This document shows, one piece after another, positions 29,647-44,800 of a DNA stretch of 64,000 nucleotides. The notes beneath the pieces are model-generated. The model was not told where the DNA came from. It made no database searches and saw only the letters and a list, made by a program, of their open reading frames with translations. The stretch is taken from assembly GCA_964016885.1 (NCBI GenBank), contig OZ024756.1, forward strand, positions 44,516,001 through 44,580,000, given 5' to 3'. This stretch comes from Eledone cirrhosa (taxonomy: Eukaryota). The stretch's first letter is position 1, and each line of letters opens with the position of its first letter. Made by a program: the position numbers and the translations under genes.

Positions 29647-30118
29647 ATGAATGGAATAGCAACATCACAACTTACAATTAAAGACAAATGAAAACACACA
29701 CACACATAGAACAAACAACCAACCAGTAACATGTAAATAAACAAATAAATAAACAAATAAAAACACACACAGACACCCGCATGTAACACATGCGCAAACT
29801 AAGCACACAACACGCACAAAAACAAGCTGGCGTAGGACAGAACAAAGGAGAGGCACAAAACAAAGAAAAGAATCCCCAGTCACAGAAGAGGTCACAGAAT
29901 GTGTGACGAAAGAACTTTGACAATATATGAACAACCGTCCGGTTATGGAACCAACCAGCCAACCGGAAATTTATAAATTCTTAAATTTATAATAAATTGG
30001 AGTGAAAGCAAATGGTGCGTGTATTTCTTATTGGCAACATGTCCCTCCCAAAGCATAACAATATCGGTTTCAACACACGTTTTCAGATAAAGAATCTTGC
30101 TAAACAAATTCAGAAACG

Positions 30119-30197
<79 letters not shown>

Positions 30198-30299
30198 ATA
30201 CATACATATATGTATGTATATGTCAGCGTGAGTGTAAATGTGTGTAAATATGTATTTGTGTGTTGTGTTAGAGATATATCATTTTCCAGATATATTCAT

Positions 30300-30670
30300 T
30301 GACTTAACTCTGCCAATTATTTCTCCTAAGTAGGTTAGACAAATGTTTTATGGACATTCTCCCTCCTCTGTCTATTCAACCGCTACTACTTTCGCCTCTA
30401 CTCATCAGTTCTTGCTGACCTTCTCACCATCTTCTATCCCTTTTCTTTCACCCTCTCATCAACCCCTTCCAGACTCCACACTAACGACTAAGGTTATTAT
30501 ATCTCCATCACCAGAAGTTTGCTTGTCTCAACCTCTCGTCCTCCACCCTCTCTTTCCTGAAGAACACCCCTGTAACCATTTAAACTGGCCCTCAACAGCA
30601 TCTGTCATCTGCCTCATCGGTCTCAGAAGTCCTGCAGAGATCAGAACTACAGCCTCTTTCTCTTGAACAG
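30300..30670 (+). pseudogene. Heavily decayed LINE fragment (probable)
   Basis: C-rich coding-like sequence; ICLIG and ELQPLSL resemble the IRLIG..LQPLSHRR region. Confidence 0.35.
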
Positions 30671-31896
30671 GCCAATTATATATGTGTTTGTCTGTCTGTG
30701 TAATATATATATATAGATATATATATATAGAGAGAGGGGGGGTGGGGCAGTCACCAAGGCAATAGATAGCTAGCTAGCAAGATAGATAGATAGGTGGGTA
30801 GGTAGATGCAACATTTTTCTTGGAGTGTATTATTCATGCAAGAATGACCAAGGGAAATGTTATATACTTAAATAGATGAGCCTCGCGATTCTTTTCACAC
30901 TGTTAAGAAAGTTATTGCGAAATTCCGACAGCAATAACGATTTGTGATAATGTATTGTTTTATATAGAATGAGTCACCTGAAAATACGCCTTTTTGTAGA
31001 ACACACAGACCATCATACGAGGCCCACGCCTATTCTCAAGAACACTCTGGAGGTTAAGCCAACCACAATTGTTTCTCATACTCATTACAAGGGATTGTCT
31101 TGACATATGCTGCACTTAACTTATGAACTATGTACAAATATATACACAATACTTTCTAGATTATTCATGTGAATAATAGTTGTAACTGTAGAACTATGTA
31201 TAAATTCCCATGCATTCACAGATATGTTTTTTTAAGAAAATACTGAAAGATATCTAAATTTCCAAATATTGGAAGACCCTTTGCTAACGATATATCTAAT
31301 AACAGTTGTTGCTGCTTATGATTTACAAATAGTTCTGGAAATAATCAAGAATTTAGAAATATTTAGTCAAATATATTTATCATTATTAAGCTGGTGTTTG
31401 GAGCGTAGCTTAACAAAAAACTCTTACATCAAAGTATTATGGAGGGGAAGGCTTTTGGATAAGTATAAAGATAAAAAAGTTTTGTATTGTAAAACCAAGG
31501 GGCGGTTTCAGGCGGTTTAGTATCAAAAGATTCAATGATAAGGGACACATCTAAATCAGGATTGTGTGCTGCGGAAAATGAAATCATATATGGTTGTGAA
31601 ATGACATTTCTGCCACTAATAGAGTACCACGGTGTAGAATAAAAAAAAACATAGGCAGAAAATGTAACGAGTGCTGAATCTAATTTAATATAATCTATAA
31701 GTCCATTAATAAATAATATGCATGATAACTAACGAATAGGGCAGTGAATTTGCAGAGGCGTTAAGGGTTGGGATTGCATCGGTATTTGATCCGGCTTACG
31801 TTGTTCTGAGTTCAATTACCGCTGAGGCCAACATTGCCTTTCATCATTTCGATGTCGTTAAACCAGTTCAGTACTAAGGTTGATTCCCCCCCTCTC

Positions 31897-31940
<44 letters not shown>

Positions 31941-32621
31941 TCTCTCTCTCCCTCTCTCTCTCTTCAAAACAAGAAATTGCTGAATTTGTGGCTAAATCAA
32001 GACAGTCGTCATCATTATTTCAAATCACCAAAACTAGCTATTCATATATATGTGTTCGTGTCTGTCAAAATCACTGACACTGTGACTGACATTCTGTTGA
32101 ATTATCTTCCATCCCACCACCCCACCGACAAGATCTTGACCTCAGTCAAACCTATCGTAATATCAGAAGACAAAGACACTACAAGTGATGGATGTCAACT
32201 CTTTTTAAACCAATTATTTCCTCCAATGTCCATTTAAATTAACGCTGTTTTTAACTGATTCTCCCAAGGGTGATAATCTTGACAGACACGCATAATGCTG
32301 CTTACTCGTGATGCTATTCTCATAAAAATTAATTAATCAACTAATTGAACGAACTCTAATACAATGACATCAAATAACTACCATCAAAACTAATGCCATG
32401 ACCATACGTAGTAAAATGTACTCCGCCCTTGAATACTAAATACAACAACCTATACCAAGAACAACAACTACTCCTGCCACGATCCACCCATTTGGCCATT
32501 GTAAAAGTTAAAAGACCACATTAGATGATGGTTCCCCTGTTGATTCTGACAAAGCGCATTCAGCGTAAAATGCCTGCGGAATACTCAACCAATTATATAA
32601 AATGCATTCACTTGTAGATTC

Positions 32622-32846
32622 AGCCGGATCAGTTGTGGCCGGTTGCTTCTGACAGAACCCACTGGAGGGAGTGTTTGATGACTCTGTCCTCAGACTATCT
32701 CAGAAGAAGAAGAAAAGAAGAAGAAGAAGAAGAAGAAGAAGAAGAAGAAGAAGAAGAAGAAGAAGAAGAAGAAGAAGAAGAAGAAGAAGAAGAAGAAGAA
32801 GAAGAAGAAGAAGAAGAAGAAGAAGAAGAAGAAGAAGAAGAAGAAG
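32622..32846 (+). mobile_element. RTE extreme 3' end with (GAA)n tail
   Basis: LWPVASDRTHWRECL is followed by a long (GAA)n tract. Confidence 0.55.
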
Positions 32847-34247
32847 CATTCAGTTTTCCACTCAATCGCTTGTATTTATCTCTGTTCTCTGAGTTCAAAT
32901 ACCACCGAGGTCAATTTTGCCTTTCATCTATTAAAGGTCGATAAAAAAGTACCAGTCTTGTTGATTCTTCCTCTGTATCTCTTTCTCCCTTTCATTCTCT
33001 CACACCCACTCTCTCTCTCTATCTATCCTTCTCTGGAAGAAATCTTCTGTGTTCAAACCTGGAGAAGAGATGAGCTCTGCTAGGATTTTTAAAACAAAAA
33101 AGCCCTAGAAACGGCGTATAGCAATACGTCGCCCCCACAACTTCTTAATGAGTTACATGTCCATACATCCTTTCACAGCACGGGAGAGAGAAAGCGACAG
33201 AGATATACACACACAGCACACAGAGGCACATAAACACAACTACACATTTAAACATAGAGAATCTTCTCACATATCAACATGTATACATTTACACATTGTT
33301 TGTAAAACTTATTTTCAAACATGCTCAAAATTCTGTCGACTATTAGAAAATAATTATCTTGAATAAAATAATATAATTAACAACTAATAGGAGCGGAAAT
33401 AATATCAAATGTTTACATGTAATGTTAATTATTAATCAAAATTGTTTATATTAAATACATTTCTTCGCTGTTAAGCAATTAGGTTTCCATGTTTTCCGGT
33501 GGTTGTGGTGGTGGTGGTTGTGATGGTGGTGGTGGTGGTGGTGATGGTGGTTATGGCTGTGGTGGTGGTAGTGGTGGTGGTTGTGGTGGCGGTGGTGGTG
33601 GTTGTGATGGTGGTGATGGGTGGATATGTCCTTCTTTATATTTTCCGTACACTATCATCAATTTGAGTTGCATATGGCTTACTAATCTTTTCTCTATCGT
33701 TGATGGAGTCTTCAACTGTGCCTGTGTGTGTGGTGGTGTGTGTCTGTGTGGTGGTGTGCCTGTGTGGTGGTGTGGGTCTGTGTGGCGGTGTGTGTGGCGG
33801 AGTGTGAAGCATCTTTCCATGTTTGGTTTATCAATTCTGACACATTTTCAATGAATGTCTCGTTCTTGTGAAAAAATAAGAATATACTTCCCATGTTTGG
33901 GAGCGGCAGTTTAACACAACTCCGCCTTAAATCACATTACTATCACAACACCAGTCCTCCTTATTGAAAATGGATACCGCCACGTAGGTATAGTTTGTTT
34001 CTTTATAAGTAATTAGTAGAACATTGTAGATATTGTTCAAATTAAGCACAACAAGAGAACAGATAGTCATTGAGGAGGTCACAAGTTTTGGAACGAAAGA
34101 ACTCTGACGAACTAACGAATAACGAGAAAACAAATAAAATGAAATTTTATGGAGTGTGTTTCTTCTAAATAATAATACTGGCCACATGACCATCCTCAAA
34201 TATAACACAAGATTTCGTATCAAGAATCTTGCAAAACAAATACATCA

Positions 34248-34434
<187 letters not shown>

Positions 34435-34521
34435 TACGAAACTGCAAAGACACGGTGTGTGTATGTGGAATTATACTCATATAGACATGCATCCATTCAT
34501 ACATATGTATATATATGTATA

Positions 34522-34614
<93 letters not shown>

Positions 34615-34890
34615 ATATATGATACTAGTGTCGATATATGTATATATTTGTCACTCTCCACTATCTACACATTCACTCTATTACACAAATCTCTCACAAC
34701 AAAAATATATCAAACACATATACACACAAATATAAAGATATGTGTGTGTGTATGTACGTATATATATGTTTGTATCTGTGTATATGTATATGTGTGTGTA
34801 TATGTGTGTGAATGTACGTATGTATATGTGTGTATCTATGTGTATATGTATATGTGTGTGTATGTAAGTATGTATATGTGTGTATCTATG

Positions 34891-34923
<33 letters not shown>

Positions 34924-35482
34924 GTGTGTATTCTAAGCCATAAAGCTGTTAGTGTAAAAATGTGTTTCAACTTCTCACTGACTGATAAACTGGAAACTTG
35001 GCTGGTTTTACTTCCCTTCTGTGTTTGGTTACTTCCAGTTGAGAGTGATGGTGGTGGTGGTGGCGGTGGTGTGGTGTATGTAATGCTGGTGTTATGTTGG
35101 TGTGGTATTGTGGTGGTGTTGGTGTGGAGGTGGTGGCGGTGGTGGTGGGAGTGGTTCCTGTAATGCTGGTGGTGGTGTTGGTGTGGTATTGTGGTGGTGT
35201 TGGTCTGTAGGTGGTGGTAGTGGTGGTGTTGGTGTGTAGGTGGTGGTGGTGGTGGGAGTGGTGTCTGTAATGCTGGTGGTGGTGTTGGTGTGGTATTGTG
35301 GTGGTGATGATGTTTCTAATGCTGGTGGTGGTGGTGGTGGGAGTGGTGTCTATAATGCAACAGTGTATGGAGGATATATAAAGGGTTAAATGTGAAAAAA
35401 AAAACCTTCCCATCTCGACCTGGAATTTGCACCTAGAAAATAAAAGCAACCAAAAGCCTCTCATGTCGTATTTTATCGCCTT

Positions 35483-35766
35483 TGGGTAGAGAGTTCGATT
35501 ATCAATCGGACTGGGTAGTGCACTGTGTCCTTCGGCAAGACACTTTATTTCACGTTGCTCCAGTTCGTTCAACTGTAGAAATGAGTTGCGACATCACTGG
35601 TGCCAAACTGTATCGGACATTGCCTTTCCCTTGGACATCATCGGTGGGAGAGGGGAGGCTGGTATGTATGGGTTGACTACTAGTCTTTTACAAAACACAC
35701 CTTGCCCAGTCTTATACCTGGGTGCAAAACTATGGTCATTCGTGACCGAAGGTGAGGGGGGACTAT
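35483..35766 (+). mobile_element. tRNA-derived SINE family B
   Basis: gttcgatt B-box, then tgtgtccttcggcaagacactttatttcacgttgctccagt. Related copies lie at 9570-9815(+), 55982-56245(+) and 45270-45350(-). Confidence 0.75.
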
Positions 35767-36789
35767 GAACCGTGCAACATGAAATATTTCTAGTCCTGAC
35801 ACTGAAGAGCAATGCTAGTCTGTGTAAAATAGTGTTTCTTGTGTTATGACTTTGCGACAATCAGTATAGATGATCAGTTATTGAGATCTAGCATTTGTAA
35901 TGGTTATATTACAGAATATCTGTATTGTGTAAAAAAAATAATCATAGATAATAGGAGCTCTCGAAAATGGAGATAAGTAACTAGATATGTTCTTTCTATT
36001 TATTAGGCCGTTTAGAATGTGAAGAAAAAAAAAGAAAATAGAAAATGGTAAATGGATACTTTGCATAATATAATGATTTGCACGAGCTGCACTCGGCGCT
36101 GATATCATGATACATAGTTTTAATAAACATCAAATAAAATACTAATTGAATCAAATAAAGCAAATATTAAAACAAAAAATAATCTTTCGAAATTCAGACC
36201 TGATATATTAAAACGCCATCGAATATATACCTATCTGGATATCTATCTAGGTAGCTAGATATTTAAATAAAAATAACAGCTTAATCATAGCACACGATAA
36301 TAGAATGGATACAGCAGAGGTTATGCAAAAATAAATTACATTTGTGTATCTTCTTTGTATAATAGACTATTTAAATGGATGTCTATTTTACATTACACTC
36401 TTGAAAGGCAGATAGGCAGACTTTTGACGAAGCTGTTGAAAGCATCTTTAAAATAATAGTAGATTGTAGTACACAGAAACGATAGTTGAATGGATAAAGG
36501 TTTTGATAAGAATATATCCTATGGCTCCTTTTGATTAGACACTATTCCAAGTATGTCTAATTTACTTTCTCAATAAAAATGACTCTCATTATCACTAAAT
36601 CTGTTTAAAAGCATCTTTAGTCAGGTGTGTAAGAAGACCAGTTGGTGGTCAGGAAGCACAGGATACAGTACTTATAAAACCTTTCCAACTACTTGATATC
36701 GTGATAATGGGAGCACGAACATGATATTATGACATGACAAGAACTTAGATTCCTTTCTGAATATGTTGCAGCAAAAGAAAGGCCATGCT

Positions 36790-36955
36790 CACGCAACATG
36801 CGTGAAAGTTGTTTAGATCAAGTGAGACCTGTGGTTGAAACATTTTAAAGTGAAGAAAGGTCTTGTATTGACAATAACGGGTATCCAAAGAACAGGTCAA
36901 CATCATTGGTTGCCATTTAATCGCAGGTTTTAGATAGAAAATTTCCATCTCCTAG
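36790..36955 (-). mobile_element. Old diverged fragment of the 610 bp family
   Basis: agaacaggtcaacatcattggttgccat...gcaggttttagat...tttccatctcctag resembles 41517-41584. Confidence 0.55.
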
Positions 36956-37058
36956 AATAATGTCCTAAGAAGGACTAAAGGTCTCCCGGTGCATATATAT
37001 ATATATGTGTGCGTGTATATATATATATATCCCACATATAATAAATAGACACATACAT

Positions 37059-37122
<64 letters not shown>

Positions 37123-37130
37123 ACACACAG

Positions 37131-37170
<40 letters not shown>

Positions 37171-37439
37171 TACACACACACATATATGAACGTTAAATAT
37201 GCTGCAGAAGATGTCGACGGACGAAACACGATATTCTGTGCACAGATGAAGGAGGCCATCAGTAGTAACAACAGTTATCACACGTACAAGACGAAAGATA
37301 GGCGCAACGTCAGAGAGTTGAGATAAAATTTCACTGTATCATCATCGAAAAAGTTATATGTATATATTTATGTACGTATGTGTGAGCTATCTCTCTCTAT
37401 GTATGTGTGTGTGTGTGTATATATATGTGTGTGTGTATG

Positions 37440-37492
<53 letters not shown>

Positions 37493-37982
37493 ATATATAA
37501 ATGTGTGTGTGTATGTATATATATATGAGAGATAGAGAGAGATGTGTTCGCAGGTACAATATATTTTTTTCCTTTTTTTATTCATGTTTCCTCATTCTTT
37601 TCTAGCGTATCTTACTATTATATTTTACTTCCATTCCTACACAAACAGATCCTCAATCATCTCTACTACATATTATATACTAACGCATTGTTTTTAAATT
37701 ATAATAAACCAACCACAATAGAAACTATGCAGGAAGTCAAAAGCAACAATAATAACAAGAACAAAAAAAAAAAAACAGCAAAAATTCACTTGCAAAAACT
37801 AAAAACAGACCGACATAGATATATATATGTCGGTCTGTTTTTAGTTTTTGTATTCAGTTTATTGTATTCAGCCATGTAGAGCGAAAACTTACCTTTTATA
37901 TATATATATATATAAGAGGAAATATTTCGCTCTACATGGCTGAATACAATAAATGTAATCTGAGTTTTTCGAATATTAATAA

Positions 37983-38287
37983 CTAGCAGCAGTACCCAGC
38001 GTTGCCTGGGTAGGTAAAATAATATCTGCTTTGATGAAAAGGTGTTGATCTTTGCGACTGCTTCTCGATGACTCATCTATGGCCACACACAGGCCATGCA
38101 AGGGAGGGTGGAGATGACCTCTATCACTGAGAAACGCGGGTGACTGACGAAGGAGCATGCTGGGGAGGGAGGTAATGACCTCTAACACTAAGCCAAATTT
38201 CCTCACGCTACTTGATTGGAAACCGATGAATTCTCAAATACACAACTAAAAGCTCAGACGAAGTTTCTCTCTTTATATAAATATAGA
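37983..38287 (-). mobile_element. Non-autonomous Helitron
   Basis: The minus strand begins A|TCTATATTTATATAAAG and ends with the hairpin acccaggcaacgctgggt 7 nt before CTAG|T. It is inserted between A and T with no TSD. Confidence 0.85.
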
Positions 38288-38896
38288 TAATGACAAAAGC
38301 TAACTAAACATGTTAACAAGGAAATGTCAGTAAAACAACAATAACAACAGCAACAACAAATACGCAATCAAAAACAAAAAAACAGATACATAAAATAATG
38401 AAACAACATAGCTGTATAATTAAGGAGTTCGTATTCAGACCTGGAGAGGTATGGACTCCGCTATGTTTAAAAAATGCCCTAGAAATACCGTCTATCAATG
38501 CCGCACCCCTACGATTACCTCGGGAGTTACAGGACCATACATACTTGTATACATTTAAACTAAAATCTTTCAACATAAATTTATGTACGAATCAATTTTT
38601 AAGATTTGCAATGCTTCGTAATGAAATATTAATGTTAGGAAATTTATCGAACTCTTCAATAACTAATTCATATCAACATTGTTTTTCATTACAAATACTT
38701 TGATGAAAGGGTTATGTCGAGACTCCTCTATTAGAACATATTTCCATTTGTGTATCAGTAAAGAGAATAAGCCAATATGTGTGTTAACGTATCTCAATTC
38801 CTTTGCAGAAGTTTTATTTAAGGCAGAAACCCACTCAATACTGAGTAATATATTTTTGATAGCTTAAACACACATGCAAATAGCCATCCGCACACA

Positions 38897-38930
<34 letters not shown>

Positions 38931-39056
38931 GCATACATGCATACATACATGTGTGTGTGTGTGTGTGTATGTGTGCGTGTGTGTGCGTGCGTGTGCGTGC
39001 GTGTGCGTGCGCGTGCGCGTGTGTGCGTGTGCGTATGTGCGCGCGCGCGCGTGTGT

Positions 39057-39142
<86 letters not shown>

Positions 39143-39829
39143 CCAGCAGCTTCTATCAGTTATCTACAATACTGCTTTTTTTCCATCTAAAAATATTCAG
39201 CAGAACAATAAATCATTTGTTTCCTCTCCTGTCATATAAACAAACTCGTGAATGTGTGGGGGTATCTCTTTCGTAAATTTAGGGGTATATATGTGTGTGT
39301 GTGTGTTTATATAAATATATACAGAGAACGAGAAGTATATGTATGTGTTTCTTTTGGGGGGCATTTTTTCTTTTGCATGAATCTGTGAGGTTTTATCGGT
39401 TTGCACGGCCTGTTACACACAATTAACTAGATTATGTATACAGCAAAGAAGACGCATGCATTCACTTACATACGCACCAATACATACATACAAACATATA
39501 TATATATATATATATATATAAGTAGAGTCTGTGGGGCTGTGACCGTGGAAACCACTAATCATGTGAGTACTTGATACATGGGGAGATGTAGAGTGGGTCC
39601 GCGGTCTGGATTTTACCATGAGACATTTTAGTTATTAGTCCACAAGCACTAATAAAACATTGGATTATTAAAACATTCCAGCCTACAGTAAAGTATTTCT
39701 TCCTTTTTTGTTTTGTCTTGTGTTTAATGTATCTTACAGTACCAACTACGGAGGGGATGGTATTTCCTTGGCACAGTCTTGGGTGACACCCGAACAGCCA
39801 CAGTAATATATCTGCTTTCTATATAGATT

Positions 39830-40130
39830 GCCAAGAATTCAGAGTCCTGATTTCTGCCTTACCTAATATGGTCATCACGAATACAAGCAGCCGAAATGAG
39901 GTTCGTCCGAAGGGTCTTTGGAGTAACGTTATTCGATAGTGTGTAACACGGAAATCCAAGAGTCACTCCAGGTAGAGCCACCACTTCTCCGAATTAAGTG
40001 ATCACAGTTCCGATACTGTGGGTATGTGGTTAGAATGTCTCAGGAAAGAATCGCTAAACAGATTTTACGGGCAAAACCAACCGACAGGAGACCCAAGGGT
40101 AGACAACGAGCAAGATTATTGTCTGATGAC
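39830..40130 (+). pseudogene. RTE remnant
   Basis: RYCGYVVRMSQERIAKQILRAKPTDRRPKGRQR is the RTE C-terminal motif. Confidence 0.7.
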
Positions 40131-40371
40131 AGGCGACAGGCAAAAACAAGATGACCAATAATCATGTAGACCAGTGTTGACTTCAGTGTTTCCCTCTGTT
40201 AGAAGTCATAACCTTAGCTTGATATTATACATACATATATACATGTGTACATACATATTCATACATACATATGTACATACATGCAGGTATACATACATAC
40301 ATACATACATACATACATACATACATACATACATACATACATACATACATACATACATACATACATACATA

Positions 40372-41190
40372 AAACACAGACCATAGAGGGGATAAACCAC
40401 TCAAAAAGCCTGGCATGGAGTTCCGACAAGTTTATGACATCACACCTTGAGGGATATCTCTATGCAATACAGGAACAAGAACTCCCTACCAAATATCTGT
40501 TGCACAAAAGAGGAGGGCCAGCAGCTGACAATAAGTGTAGGCTATGTAAAACAAAGATCGAGGATGTAAGCCACATTGTTGCCAGCTGCGAAAGAATGTC
40601 ATCTCGCTACTACCTCCCCATGAGACACGATGGGATAGCTAGAACCATCTGGAACGCACTTCGGAAAACAAAATTAACAACAAACGAAGAAGAATATATT
40701 GAGACAGATGGCACTAAGGAATACTGGTGGAACCTGAAAATAAAAACTGCCACCAAATTAAAGCACAACCGGCCTGATATTGTAGTTTGGGATCACACAT
40801 TGAAAACGTGTTCTGTTGTGGAGATCAGCTGCCAACTTGATGTAAACGTTGTCAGAAAAATACAGAAGAAGGAGGACATCTACGGACCATTGATGAGGAG
40901 TTTACAAATCCAGTATCCAAGATACACCTTTAGCTTCATACCCATCATTATTGGTGCTACGAGTTATATACCAACCCGCTTGGACCAAAGTATGACTGAA
41001 CTTGGATTTGCGGACAAAAAGCGCAGCTCCCTAATTCATAGTCTACAAATGGCTGCGATAGCTGGCACCTTCAAAATTTGCAAAACATTCTTGCGATTCA
41101 AGGGATGACAATTTCTTTTCTTTTACAACCTTGCCACCAGGAAGGTGGCCGGTCAAAAAAATATACTCGAAATTAAGAGAAAGAGAAAAC
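40372..41190 (+). mobile_element. 5'-truncated R4/Dong-like non-LTR retrotransposon (restriction-like endonuclease) in (TACA)n
   Basis: ORF to 41108 contains EGYLYAIQEQ, the CCHC knuckle CRLC..(8)..H..(4)..C, RHD, HNRPDIVV, VEISC, K..K..Y and PIIIGA. A short 3' UTR follows, then (ACAT)n; (TACA)n also lies at the 5' side. Confidence 0.92.
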
Positions 41191-41211
41191 ATACATACAT
41201 ACATACATACA

Positions 41212-41825
41212 TGGTGGCTGCCAACTCGTTTTTCGAGTACGGCCACTACTTTATATCCATGTAGGAGAACCCCTGCCGATGCGCTGAACGAGTGTGACTT
41301 TTTAGTCCAGCCAGCGACTTGAAAACTCTGGCACAAACACTACACTTGTGATAATTATTGACACATAGTGCTGGGCCCATGGTACCATGTGACTACAAGT
41401 GCAGAGAGATCTCCAGATATAAAGCAATGCCTGTGCCGTGAAGCTTTTATAGTGATCAAAGGCACTGCACAAAGCCAGTCCCACTCTCTTAACCAAGATG
41501 ATATTTACCAAAAAGAAGAACAAGTCAACATCATTGGATACCATCAGGGTTGCAGGTGTTAGATCAGAGTTTTCCTTCTCCTAGAATTCTGCCTTGACAA
41601 AGGCTAAGGGGTCATCTCTCCCGGTGATTTTGGATGGCCATTGACTCTTAAGAGCTCCTTTTCCCTTTGACAGGTTTTGCTTTTAGTCCTGCAGGATGTC
41701 CAAAGTCACCCTCCTCACCAAGAAACCTTGGTGGGGTTGCCAGTTTAGTCGCCAACGACCCGACCATGGGACAGATTGTACTGGGATACATGTTACCAGT
41801 AGCACCAACTGGTGATCTGACATAA
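41212..41825 (-). mobile_element. ~610 bp non-coding interspersed element (RTE-related non-autonomous), copy 1
   Basis: Near-identical inverted copy at 52478-53086. It contains ctaggagaaggaaaactctga, a motif I recall from RTE 5' regions, and is flanked by (TACA)n. Confidence 0.75.
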
Positions 41826-44800
41826 AATACATACATACATACATACATACATACATACATACATACATACACACATACATGAACTCTTACAAGAACAAGT
41901 ATGTGACAGTGGTCAGGGGATTCGTACTCGATTCGATCGAATTACTTCAAGGTTTGTATCATCTTTCATGAGCGTCAAATTATTAATTACCAAAAAAGAA
42001 CAAACCTAATAGTCACCATCTTGAAATTAGTGTAATTAATTTTCACTGATCATTTCATATTATCGTCGCAATCGTATACTTTTATACCACCTTACTACAG
42101 TCGTTATCATCATTGTTCTTGCCATCATCATCGTCGTCGTCATTAACATCATCATCATCATTCTCATCATCATTATCATCATCATCTTCCTAACCAACTT
42201 GATCACGACCACAATCTCGACCGTTACCGCCACCCTCAACACCATCACAATAGTATAACCATCCACCCTCCCTTTAGATTTTCATTAAAATCTAACCTGA
42301 CCTACTCAACATCATTTAATCAATATGGAAAAGATAGTGAAGCTATTTATCCAGTAATTTCATCTCACACGTTGTCCATCTTCCGCTAACAATGTCATTG
42401 ACCGTGGCGTTGTTATTGTTGTCGTCGTGTTGGTGTGTTGTTATGCTGTTGTAGGCGGGGTGTTGTTATAGTGTTGTGGTATTATAGAGTTATTGTTTGT
42501 TAACACTTAATGTAATGGTTCGTGGCGTTACTACTGCTGTGTTGTTGTGGTGTTGTTATGCTGTATGGTTGTGGGGCACTGTATCGTTATGTTGTGCATA
42601 CACATGTGTGTGTAATGTATATGTGTATGTATATATTATGTATGTTTCTATGTATGTATGTAAATATATATGAATGTATGTAAGTATGTATGTATAATTT
42701 ATATATGTTTCGATGTTTGTAAGTATATATGTATATATAATGTATGTGTAGCTTTGTTATGAAATTAATTAGTGAATGGTGTGTTTAATAGTCATTAGTA
42801 TTCAATGTAATGTAAATTCATTGGTGTGTGTCTTTGTACACCGTTTGTATCTTTATATAAATATGAATGAAAAACAAAATTGAGGAAATGCAGAAACCAT
42901 ATGTAATAATATTCAGAAAGTCATTAGATTTCTTAAGCCGCAGATGTACTTTAGCTTTTCATACTAATTATATATCATATATTTCTTCATAGAAGATTAA
43001 ACATTTTGGATAATTATTTATTAAGTTAATGGGAATTCATCGTGCCAGAGAATCTGTTGTTGTTCTTGGTGATGTTTATTCTTAGACCAAACTTGATCAA
43101 GCAAATCTATGATCAAAATCCTACCAGCCGTGACAATTCCGTCTTTTTAGAAGTATCAAAGGTCGAATCAACGAAAATCTTCGGCGCATTCATTCAACAA
43201 GTTAGAAATAACAGCCAAATCTCCCTCAAATTACAATCTGCCGTTTAAAAAAAAAAAGGATGAATACATGGGCTACTGTTTTCCCTTGACTGAAAGTTGT
43301 GTTATATCTCTATCTGACTCTAGATATGATCCAAATTCTTGCAACATACTGGATTACGTTAAAGTAGACGCGGACGAGCTAACGGGCCAGCACAGTTTCT
43401 GTCTAACGAAATTCACTCTCAATACTTTAGGCTATGATAGAAAAAATTTGCGTAAAGTGACGCGCAGTGGGATCCATTCCAAACCCAAGTTTTAGCGAAG
43501 TGAGCTTCTTAACCATAAAACCAAGCGTAAACATTAGAAACAGAATTGTAAAGTTGTTTAACTTCAACGATTTCTTTTTGTATTTATTTTTCTCGTATTT
43601 GTTTTTTAACGCCCTGTATTTTGTTTTGTCTCTATAACCAGTAGTGTGCTACTGTCATGTGACACTTTGTTGTGTAATAGCTGTAGCCAATGAAATTAAC
43701 TAGATCCTTGTATGACTCAATACATTTTCAATTTCCAGTATTTCTAAGAATCCTTTAACAGAAATTCTATCTTCAAGTGAATCTCATTCAATTAATTGAC
43801 TTTTTCTGAAGAAGGCGTTTTTTTTTTCTTGAAAATATTTAATCAAATCCATCTTCATGGCACTTAAGCTGGACAGATTTATTACAAAGGCTGTTGTATT
43901 TATAAATAAGCATACGGTACTGATATTGCACTGTCACGTTTACGATAATGAAATTAAGCTACACAGCTTTATATTGAAATCCATACTAACCTCTTAAAAT
44001 GAGGTTTTAAAAATCTCAGTGTACGAGTATATACACCTATTATTTGTTTATGAAAACAAAATACTGTTCAGTTTACGGCTATGAAACGATGAATATAATA
44101 GTTACAACATTGCATTCATTTTGACTATATATTAATCAACGTTGGTATCAGTTAGAATAGGACCTATGATTTAGTTTGTTAGTGAAAGAAAAAATGAGAA
44201 GGAAAATACGCCATTTTGTGCAATTGACATCACTCAGTTATTGTCACATACGCCTACATTACACGTCATTATATTCATAATTAGCTACTGTGATTAAACC
44301 GATACAATAGAAGTTGCGAAGAAATCTCATCTCAGACTATATAGCCTTAGGCTAAATAATTGTTTCTATAACACCATACGTCTTATGTTATATAATTGCA
44401 TATTATAAACAAAACCCCTTCCGGTATGTGTTTGGTCTCTTTGCACTGTAATTTCAAATCCCGCTGAGGTCAACTTTCTCTTTCATTCGTTCAGGGTTGA
44501 ATAAAGGAAGTAACAATCTAGGGCGGTAGATTGAAAGAATTGGTAGAGTATTGGACAAGATATCGTGCGGTGTTTATACCGACTCTCTTCATGCTTTGTT
44601 CAAATACCGCTGTGGTCTACTTGAGTGGTAAAGCTCAACCGTTGCCCGGTTTAACACCATTTCCTAGTTCTAGGGTGATTTTAACAACGTCCAAAGCATT
44701 CGGACAGGATCTCCGATTATAGGTTATGTTCCCACCAATCTCGGACGCCATGAAAATGGTCATGAATACTACTCTTCCTTCACTAATTAAATAATAAAGA

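Noticed and set aside
38398-38703. 101 aa non-repetitive ORF
   Set aside because: No recognisable motif or convincing splice signals.
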